From NCBI GenBank assembly GCA_965240325.2, contig OZ251229.1:2604001-2668000 (forward strand): a stretch of 64,000 nucleotides of DNA. The letters are read 5' to 3'. This DNA is from Rebecca billardiae RCC1528. Lineage: Eukaryota > Protista > Haptophyta. The position numbers and the translations under genes are program-made. The notes under the pieces were generated by a model, which made no database searches, had not been told where the DNA came from, and saw nothing but the letters and a program-made list of their open reading frames with translations. Shown here in pieces: positions 54,921-64,000 of the stretch. Each line of letters starts with the position of its first letter. Within the stretch, counting starts at the first letter, position 1.

Positions 54921-57900
54921 TCAGCGTGCCACGGCCAGCGCGGCGGCGATGCGCGCGGCGCTCCGCCTCGCCTTGCGCGCGATCGCCGACTTGCGCCGCG
55001 GCGCCGAAGCCTCGACGGCGGCGACGCGGTGGAGCGGGAAGTCGACGAGCGCATGGCAGCCCGTGCGCACGAACTCGCCAAACACGGCCTCGGCCTGGCC
55101 CCGCCCCTTGTCCGCCGTCGGCCAGTGCGGCCCGGCGCCGCGGCCGCTCGCCGAGCCAAACACGGCGCCGAACGCCGCGCCGTTGCGTGCGGCGACGGCG
55201 CTCCACAGCTCGACGGCCGGGTCGGCGGCGGGCTCGTCGAGCAGTGCGCGCCACTCGACCTCGCTCACGCCACTCGGCCGAGGCATGCCCGCGAGCGCCG
55301 GCTCGAACTCCAGCGAGCTCGGCTGGAAGGCGGTGCCGCGCTCGAGCGCACTCGCTCGAATCGTCGCGCCTGCGGCCGCGGGCGCCGTCGTGGCCGCACT
55401 GGCATCCGGCGCCGCGCCCGCCGGCTCGCCGAGCACGAGGCCGAGGTGTGCGCACCAGAGGTAGCGGCGCAGCGAGGTGGCGAACGACTCGCCCTGGATG
55501 CGCACGCCGATCTCTTCGTCCTGGTCGCCGGCGAGATCGCTGCCAGGTCGAACGCGCGGCGCGCGGGTGGGGCCGGGTGCGCAGCGTGTCACGCGCGCGC
55601 GGGCGCGAGTGCGCGCGCGCACGCCGCGGCCTCGAGCGGCGCGCGCGGCGCGCGGGGCGCCGTGCAGCGGCCGCACCATGTGGTGAGCTTGGCCGTGCCC
55701 GCGACGACGACGCGATCGTCGGCGATCGCGATGCGCGAGAGCACGCTCACCGCCCTCGCGCACGGCCCTCCCTCCGCGGGCGCGCACGCCCGCAGCGAGA
55801 AAAGCCGAAGGAAGTCACCGGGAGCAGCCACGCCGCGCGCCCTGAGCTCGGTGAAGATGGAGCCGAGGCAGTCGAGCGCGGCGCGGTCGGGCGAGCCGGG
55901 CTGCGCGTCGTCGGCGGGGAGCGGCAGCAGCAGGATCGCGCGGAACGGCGCGCCCAGCGAGTGCGCGAGGCAGATCCGGTCCACTAGCGCTTGGGCAATC
56001 CGGTGCTGCTGCGCGGCGCCGCCGAGCGCGCCGCTGCTGCTGCCGCCCGCGCCGGTGCCCACGCCTCGCGCGGCGTGCGCGCGCGTGAAGGAGGGCCGCT
56101 GCGAGCGCGGCTGGCCGGGCGCGCCGGCGTCGGCGGCGTGCGCGCGGGGCGGCTGCTCGGGCCGCTCGACCGCCGCCTCCACCAGCGAGCTCTCGACGTA
56201 CACGAACCGCTGCGCCGCGGCGATTAGCGAGACCAGCGCGTCATGCAGCGAGGTCTCGTGCGAGCAGCCGACGGACCACGCCGCCGCGGAGCGGACGGCC
56301 TGGCACGCGAGCTCGCCCTGCAGCTCGGGCGGGACGTGCCCGGGGAGGAAGTCCGGCGCGGGCAGGAGCGGCGGCACCGGCGCGAACGCGGGCGGGCCCT
56401 GCGCGCCCGCACGCCCGCCGCGCGCGCCGCTCGCCGGCGAGACCGGGCCGGGCGGCGCGCGCGCGCCGTCACCCCGCGGCCACTGAAGCGCGTGGGCATG
56501 GCGCAGCCGGCCGCTGCCGGCGTGCTTGAGGCTGCCGTGGCTGAGGCTGCCGTGGCCGAGCTCGAGGGCGGGCAGCGGCTCCGTGCGCCGCACGTGGTTC
56601 CACACCTCGGCAAAGTGCCGCGAAAGGTCGCGCGCCGGCGCTGCGAACACCTCGACCGCCATCTCGTGCTGGAGTGAGAACGGCCGCGCGGCCGAGCGGC
56701 GGCCGAGCGGCGAGGCGGCGTGCGCCGCACGCGCTGCGCCGCCTCCCGGCCGCGCGGGGGCCGCGGTGGCGCTGCCGACGGGCGGGCTGGTCGGCGTGTC
56801 CGCGGTGCGCTCGCTCGACGAAGGCGAGATGCTCGGCGTGTGCGCGAGCGCGAGGCTGCTGCCGCTGCGGCTGCTGACAGCGAGGCCGCCGCTGCTGCTG
56901 CCGCCGACGGCAAGGCTGGCAAGGCCCGGCGGTGGGCGCAGCGACGGCGAGCTCGCTGACGACCGAGCGCGCCCCGCCGCGCTCGGCGGCGGGGCGTCGG
57001 CGTTGGCGGCGGCAGCAGCGCACGCGCGCTCCGACGCGGCGCGGCGCATCGGTGCCTCCGCCTCAGCGCACGCGCTGGCGGGCGCGGCGGCACTCGGCGT
57101 CGGCGACGGCTCGCCACTCCAGGCGGGCGCGGCCGTGTCTGCCTGCTCGGCCGCCGGCGCTGGCTGGGGGGTCGGGCGGCGGGCGGCGACGGGCTGCTGC
57201 TGCGGCGTGGGCGCGGCCGAGGCGCCGGGCTCGGCGGCAGCAGAGGCTGCGCCATCGGCCTCGGCGGCGCCGTCGCCGTGCGCGCCCCTCTTCTCCTGAG
57301 CCGATGCCTCGACGAGCGCGGCGGCGCTGAGCAGCGCAATCCGCTGGTCGACAATCACGATCCGGCCGCCGCGCACCGCGCCCGGCCGGCCGGCCGGCGG
57401 CGGCGCGGCGGCGCGCACGTCGGGCGGCGGCGCGGGCGGCGCGATGAGAACAGCGATACTCGGGTGCAGCTGCCGGAGCGCGTCGGCCATGGCCTGCACA
57501 CCGCCCGAGCGCGCCGCGCTCCCGCTCGGCGCGCAGCCCGCCGGCGCAGCGGCCAGCGCGCCCGCGGGCGGACGGTTGGACGGCCTTGGCGGCGTCTCCT
57601 GCGCGGCGCGCTCGGCGTCGCCCATCGCTGCTGAGTCGCGCGCCGCGCCGAAGAGGCTGCGGGCGGGCGAGGCGCCAGCAGACTGCCTACTGGAGGTGGA
57701 GGCGCGGAAGAGAGCCGAGGCGCGGCCAGAGGAAGACGCGCGGAACGAGCCGCGCGTCGAGAGGATGTCCGGCGAGGCCGGCGCCTGCCCCCAGCGCCCG
57801 CTGCCGCCGCCCGCGGAAGCGGCGGCCGCCGTCGTCGCCGCCGCCGCCGCCGCCTCGTCCACGTCGCCCTGCGTCGGGCACAGCAGCACGCGCACCGCCA

Positions 57901-60900
57901 CGCCCGCGCGCGCCTTGGTGCAGAGGAGAGATCCAAGGGTCGTGCCGCCGCCGAGCGCGAGCGCGGTGGAGACGTGCCGCGCGGCGATGAAGATCTCGGC
58001 GCGCGCGCCGCCGAGGCCGCGCGCGAGCGCGCGCAGCCACGCGCCTCGCCCCGCGTGCCACGCCGCGGCGCACCCGCTCCGGCTGGGAGCGAAGGAGCCG
58101 TGCGCGTGCGCTCGCGTCCACACGGACCGACCGTGCGCTGCGCGCACCGCGCGCAGCCACTCGTCGAGCGCGCGCTCGGAGGGCGCGGCGAGCTCGAGCG
58201 AGCGCGCGGGCGAGGTGAGCGTGAGCACGCGGGACGCGATCTCCGCCTCCGCCTGCGCCGCCGCGCACTCGCCCGTCCCGCGCCTGCCGCCGAAGAGGCT
58301 TCGCCTCACGCTGCCGCCGCCATCTGCTGCGGCGGCCTCGGCACTGCGCTGCTGCTGCTGCGCGCCGCGCGCGCCCACGCGCAGCTCAAAGCCGCGATCG
58401 AGCAGCCAGACGTCGTCGACCGCGCCGGACGCCGCGTCCGCCGTGTGGCACAGCAGGTTCGACTTGAGCACGAACCAATGCTGCTGCTGCTGATGATGCC
58501 ACGGAACGGCCGAGAAGCCGCCGCCCGCCGAGGGGGCGGCGCGCGCGGGCTCGCGGCCGCTCACGCCGAGCCGCGCCGGGCTGCCGTGGGCTGAGCCGTC
58601 GGCGGAGTCGGGAGCGCCGCGGAGCGGCGACGCGAGCGGCATCGACGGCTGGCGGAGCGACGCGCCCGAGCCACCGGACTGCCCGGGGCCGGACTTCCCG
58701 GACTCGGGCTCGACGACGAGCAGCGGGGCGCCGCGCGCCGGCGCGCACGACAGCGCGCGGCTGAGCGCGGCGAGCGGCCGCGCGGCCGCTCCGCCTCGGC
58801 GCGGCGCGTCGTGCGGCGCGTGCGCCAGCACCAGCGGCCCCTCGTGGCCCTTGTCCCACCCGTCCCGCCCGAACGAGAGCGCGGACACCTCCAGGAACCT
58901 TCGCAGCGGCGGCGAGTCCCAGCCGGCACGCTGGCCAATCAGAGCGCGGACAAAGACGCTCAGCTGCATCTCGAGCTCCGCGGCGGAGACGCCGGTCATG
59001 TGCAGCGGCGGCAGCAGCAGCGAGGCGTGCGCGCGCGCCGACGCGCCGCCGCCCGCGCCCGCATCCGCCGCCGCCGCCGCCGGCTGCGCGCGGTGCGCGG
59101 AAAGTTCCGCGGAAAGTTCCGCGGAAAGTTCCGCGCGGTGCGCGGAAAGTTCCGCGTGCAACTGGGCGAATTGCTCGGGCGTTCGCTCCACCGCCCAGCG
59201 GAAGCCGGGCGCGCGCACCCTCGGGCGGTACGCGAGGCGGATGCGGTACGTGAGCGAGCGCAGCTCCTCCGCCGAGAGCGGCGCCTGCGAGCCCGCCGCA
59301 CCCGACAGAGGCGAGGCTGCGTCGGGCAGCGGCTCGAGAGCGGGGCGCGGGCGCGCTCGGATCATCGATGCGCGCCCGTCGCTCACTGCGCGCGTGCGGT
59401 AGCTGGCGCGCCGCGGCGGCGCGAGGAGGCGGGGCTCGTGCTGGATCGGCCCGTCCTCGCTCGTCCGCGCGGCCCGCGCCGCGCCGCGCGCGTCACTCCC
59501 CGCCCGAGAGTCGCGCGCTGCCGAGTCGGAGGCTGAGTCGCGGCCATCGCCCGTCCCCTCCGCTGTCTGCGCCGAGTCGGTCGTCAGTCTGGAGTCGGCG
59601 GTCAGTCTCGAGTCTCTCTCTTGGTGCTGGGAGACGCGGAGCTGCGGCGAGCGCTCGGCGCCGCTGTGCGACCAGCGCGCGCTGGGCGTGCGCGACGGCC
59701 GCCGGTCCCACGGCTGCGGCTGCCGCGCTCGGCTGCTCTCGCGGCCGAGGGGCGTGACGCGCCGGCCAGCGCGAGCCCACGCCGAGCGCCGCGCCGCGCC
59801 TCGCTCGCGCGCGCCGCGCGGAGCGGTGGACGTGTCAGCGTCGTCGCCGGCGGTGCTGCTGCCGCGCCGGCTCGTCGGGCGCTCCGCCGAGCCGTCCGAG
59901 GAGCGGCGCCACCGCTCGGCCGAGCCGCGCGGCAGCTGCGTCACGGAGATCGTCACCTCGGGGCCGTCGAAGAGGTGGGGCGCTGGCTCGGGCGCGGCGT
60001 CGGCGCGCGGCTGCCGCGCCGGCGCGCCAAACATGAAGAGGCGCGGCGCGTCGGGCGAGCCCACGGCCATCGCGGTTCGGAGGCCGGTTTTGGTCTGGTG
60101 CCAGCGCTCTGCGAGCGGGGACATGCGCGCCTCCCTCGCCAGGTGCAGCCGCTCGGCGAGCGGGGACATCCGCTTCTCCCTGGGCGCGCCGCCGCGCCCC
60201 GCAAGGCCGCGGCCGAGCGCGCTGCGAGTGCCGGACGAAGCGCCGCCGCTGTCACCACCCTCGGCGGCGGCGGGCGGCGCGCGCGCCTCGGCGTCGGCGG
60301 CGACGGCGGCGTTGGTGCGGATCGGCGCGCTCATGCTGAGCGCCGCGCTGCCCGAGAGCGGCGAAGGCGTCGAGCCCGCGCCGCCTCCACGCCGAGCGGC
60401 GGTAGTGCTGCCATCGCCATCGCCGTCGCCAGCGGCCGCTGCCAGAGCCGCCGCCGAGCGCGCGCCATCCATGCCGTCCCCCGCGAGCGTCGCCGGCGGC
60501 CCCGGGCCGTCGTCGTCGAAGGGCCGCACGGCGTCAAAGTCCACCCGCGCACGCTGCTGCGCGGACGGCCCCTCCGACTCCGAGTCGTCCGACTCCGACT
60601 CCGCCGCCAGCGCCGCAAGTGCTGAGAGCGGCGCGGCGGAGCGCGTCGGCACGCGCGCTGGGCTCGAGGCCGCGCGCCGATCCCAGCGCGAGCGCGGCTC
60701 CGCCTCCTCCTCGTCGTCCACGTCGGGGATGGTTGGGAGGCGCTGCAGCAGGGGCGCCGAGAGCCTCGGCGCGGCCGCCGCGCCGTGCCACGCGCCGGCC
60801 ACCGGGCCGGCGCGCTGCGCCCGCGCGCGCTCCGCGTCGCGCCTGCGGCGCCACTCCGCCTGGATCGAGACAGCCGCGCGGTACGCGACATGCGACGCCT

Positions 60901-61993
60901 CCGACGAGAGGCCGGCGGCGTCGTACGCGGAGAGCTGCCGGTCGACGCGCCCCTGCAGTCGGCGCAGCGCCTCGTGCTGCTGCTGCGAGCGCTGCTCGCG
61001 CGAGAGCAGCGAGCGGCAGATCGCCTCCATCCGGCGCGTGAGCGGCCGCATCGCGAGCAGCTCCGAGGCGGTCGGGCGGCGCGCCGGGTCCTTCACCAGC
61101 ATCGCGCGGATCAGGTCGCAGAGCTCCTCGCGCTCGGCGGCCGCCTCGGGCTGCGCGGGCACCTTGACCTCCGAGTGCACGATCTCGAACGCGAGGTGCC
61201 CCAGGTTCTTCCCGCGGAACGCGCGCTGCAGGAAGACGAGCTCGTGGAGAATGCAGCCCAGGGACCAGATGTCTGCGGGCGTCGAGTACGGACGACCCAT
61301 CACCATCTCGGGCGCGAGGTAGTACGGCGTGCCGCAGATCGTCTCGGCGAGGTGCGCGGCGTTGGCGAGGTGGCGCGAGATCCCAAAGTCCGCGAGGCGC
61401 ACGAGCGCCCCGCCCTGCGTGAGGAAGACGTTGCCCGGCTTGAGGTCGCGGTGGATGATGGCGCGCTCGTGCAGGTGCTCGAGCCCCCACAGCATCTGCG
61501 CGAGCCACGAGAAGATGAGGTCCGCGTCGAAGGGCTTCGCCCCATCGAGTTGCTGCGCGCGGATGCGCTCGGCCAGCGTGCCGCCGTCCGCGTGCTCCAT
61601 CACGATGTCCAGGACGAGCAGCTTGCGATTCAGCACGCTGCCGTAATATTTGATGACATTTGCGTGGTCGAGCGACGCGAGGATGCGCACCTCGGTCGCG
61701 GCGCCCGCGAGCTCGCGCTCGTCCATCTCGCTGACGGTCAGCCGCTTCGCCACGACGTACAGCCCGGGCTCGCGCGCGTGCTGCAGCAGGAACGCCTCGC
61801 CGCTCGCACCACGGCCGAGCGAGCGGATCTCGCGGAACTCGCTCAGCGGCACGCGGCGCTCGTCGTCGCCCACGTCGAGGGCGAGCTGGGCAGCGTCGAT
61901 CGTGCTGCGCACCAGCGGGCTAGCCGGCGCCTCGCCTCGGCGAGGCGGCGCCGGCGACTCCGCCGGCGCGCCCAGGGAGGGCGTAAGCTCCAT
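54921..61993 (-). CDS. About 2310-aa NEK-like Ser/Thr kinase + IQ + PX + PH + degenerate phospholipase D; intron 55540-55676
   Basis: Kinase: LGRGASG, VAK, HANVIKYY, HRDLKPGNVFL, LADFGIS, GTPYYLAPE, DIWSLG. IQ: AAVSIQAEWRRRR. PX: WAVER..FAQLH..LRRFLEVSALSF. PH: WFVLKSN. PLD landmarks: HGSFAPSR, ARAEIFI, AAPARDLSRHFAEVWN, CQAVRSAAAWSVG, AQRFVYVES, IADDRVVVAGTA, LWCAHLG, LVDFPL. Confidence 0.88.
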
Positions 61994-62487
61994 GCGCACG
62001 TAGGCGCCCACGAGCTTCGCTGAACTTGTGGTGCGCGTGTTTGGCGTGTTCGCTCGCTCACAGAGTTATTAGGACCGGTGTGAAGATGCGTTCGATTCCC
62101 ATCATCAACATCCTCGTTGATTGTGATCATGTAAAAACTCATCCCCATACCCCCATAGTAGTATGCCGGAAAGCTAGAAATACCGTAGCATAGATGACTT
62201 GTGGCGGGCGGCGGCGGGCGGCGGCAGCCGGGTCTCGGTAGTCAATTTACCCCTTCTGGCCTTCTCCTCACCTACACAATACCTGCGGAATGTTTCGTCT
62301 TTCTATATGAGTTGGCGTGTAGTAAGGTAATTGCTTAAACCATATACAAAATGTAGCACCGATAGGTACCGAAGGCCGATGAAAAGACCGCGCACAATCT
62401 GGAAACCGACGTGTACTCATCAGCATGGCGGCGGCTGCGCCGCGGCCGCCCTCAATGCACACGTCTTTGCTGCTGCACTTGTGCTGA

Positions 62488-63546
62488 ATGAGAGCGGCCG
62501 CATTGCTCGTCGCGGTGCTATGGGCGCGCGCAGGGGCGGGTGGGCTCCCCACCTCGCCGCAGCAGCCGGCTCCCCTCGCCTTCCTCGCGATGATGAGCCG
62601 CTGGCGCGACTTTGAGCTCCGAGATGCGCTGCGCGCGACGTGGCTGCACAATCTCGACGCCGCGCACGCGCAGTACCGCTTCTTCGTGGAGGAGGCACGG
62701 CTGCTGGCGCACAACATGACGCTCGATAGCAGAGGCTCCGTCGCCGACTACGTCGCGCTGCGCTCCCCTCGCGGCACGCGCCGCGCCTGGTTCAACAACA
62801 CGGAGCAGGTGCTCGAGATGCTGCAGTGGGCGCTCACGCACGTGGCGCCCGCGTACATCGCGCGGGTGGACACGGACGGCTACCTGTGCACGCCGAGCTT
62901 CCTGCGCGTGCTGCGAGGGAGCCCGCGCGGGCTCTTCTTCTGGGGCAAATACTGGTGCCCCGCTGCTGACGAGCGCGACGTGCGCCGGTGGCGCATGCTG
63001 CGCAGAGCCGACGAGAACTTCATGGTCCTCTCCGCCGAGCTGGCGAGGCTCACGCTGGCCGGCTTCCGGGCGGGCCGATTCCGCCGCTTCTTCGGTGGGG
63101 AGGGCGGGCTGCACACCTTCGCGATGCGCTTCGGCCCCGTGACCACCGAGGTGGGCCACGTGCGCGGCCTGCAGGTGCTGGACGATCCGTTCCGACTCGC
63201 GCACCGATTCAACACGCGCGGCACGCCCGGCTGGCCGCCGTGGCGCGGCGGCACGGGCGCGGGCGGCCAGCTCGCGCCGCCGCCCGGCTGGGATCCGTGC
63301 GCGCTGGGCTACGTGTGGGTGCACCCGATCAAGAGCGCACACGCGCTGCTGTCGCTCGGCAGGCCGGGCCCAGACCTGCACGGCGTGCCCACCGGGCCCG
63401 CTCGCCCGGACGCGCCTGCCGTGGCGCCGGCAGCAGCTGCCGCTACGCCGCCGTTAGGCACACCTGCGCTTGGCCCTCCGTGCGGGTACGCTTTCGACGC
63501 GAAGATGATGCCCACCGCCAGACGAGGAGTTCGTCGCAGCCGCTGA
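62488..63546 (+). CDS. GT31 (Galactosyl_T / Fringe-like) glycosyltransferase
   Basis: Signal or anchor segment, ELRDALRATW, YRFFV, DxD motif YIARVDTDGYL, FFWG, VHPIK. Confidence 0.8.
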   Translation: MRAAALLVAVLWARAGAGGLPTSPQQPAPLAFLAMMSRWRDFELRDALRATWLHNLDAAHAQYRFFVEEARLLAHNMTLDSRGSVADYVALRSPRGTRRAWFNNTEQVLEMLQWALTHVAPAYIARVDTDGYLCTPSFLRVLRGSPRGLFFWGKYWCPAADERDVRRWRMLRRADENFMVLSAELARLTLAGFRAGRFRRFFGGEGGLHTFAMRFGPVTTEVGHVRGLQVLDDPFRLAHRFNTRGTPGWPPWRGGTGAGGQLAPPPGWDPCALGYVWVHPIKSAHALLSLGRPGPDLHGVPTGPARPDAPAVAPAAAAATPPLGTPALGPPCGYAFDAKMMPTARRGVRRSR

Positions 63547-63758
63547 GCCGCCGTGATGTTGATCAGCAGATGTGACGATCGATCTCACGGCGCCGCCGGA
63601 CGACGAAACTGGAGTCACGGTCAGGCTCAGTGAAGCCGGAAACGTCATGCTAGAAAACGACGAACGGTCGTCCCCGTGCTGGGCCGCGCCGTCCACCACT
63701 TTCTTGCGTCCTCAGCTTTTGGGGCTGCGCCCATCAGCAATCGCCGCGCGCGCACCCG

Positions 63759-64000
63759 ATGTGGGCCACTACCACGCTGCTCGCGCTCGCCGCGGCGTCT
63801 GGCGGGGACAGCACCCTGCGCGAGGAGTTCGCCGCGTGGGCGACGGCGCACGCCAAGCTCTACGCGAGTGCGCAGGAGACGGACGCGCGCTTCGAGGCTT
63901 GGCGGGCCAACAAGGCGCGCGTGGATGAGCTGGCCGCACGGCGCGAGCTGCGCGGCGGCGACCGCGACGCAGACTACTGGCTGGCGCTCAACGAGTACGC
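63759..64000 (+). CDS. Papain-family (C1A) cysteine protease, signal peptide and I29 prodomain; partial
   Basis: MWATTTLLALAAASG..EEFAAWATAHAKLYASAQETDARFEAWRANKARVD..YWLALNEYA shows ERFNIN-like and GNFD-like motifs. The frame is open to the window end. Confidence 0.85.
   Translation, partial: MWATTTLLALAAASGGDSTLREEFAAWATAHAKLYASAQETDARFEAWRANKARVDELAARRELRGGDRDADYWLALNEY

Noticed and set aside
62070-62110. GTTCGATTCCC B-box / T-loop-like motif suggesting a tRNA
   Set aside because: I could not build an acceptor stem, D arm or anticodon arm around it.

Overview
This is a 64 kb window of very GC-rich eukaryotic nuclear DNA. Genes are compact, with short GC-rich GT-AG introns (donors mostly GTGCGC/GTGGGT/GTACG, acceptors mostly CGCAG). 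That style suggests a haptophyte such as Pavlovales/Diacronema, which is inference only. About 21 protein genes can be supported: a NYN/PIN + RuvC-like fusion (runs off the left edge), TIM21, RPL29, MED8-like, BI-1 family, a STOP1/ASCIZ-like C2H2 factor, a small mitochondrial membrane protein, ERGIC3/Erv46, a small unknown protein, a WD40 protein, an aegerolysin/Cry34-like protein, BORCS6, a RIN13-like + SNF2 ATPase, ZNF830, an FG-GAP membrane protein, an HD + QTGAL(B3GNTL1) fusion, an Era GTPase, a MYND protein, a cNMP-binding protein, a NEK kinase fused to a PX-PH phospholipase D that has lost its catalytic motifs, a GT31 glycosyltransferase, and a papain-family protease (runs off the right edge). 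Mobile DNA includes a 4.7 kb IS630/Tc1-mariner element with a nested 1 kb TIR element, and a 1.7 kb TIR element with a 7-bp target duplication. The best leads are three unusual fusions: NYN + RuvC, HD + QTGAL and NEK + pseudo-PLD. All protein assignments come from motif recognition by eye; no database search was run.
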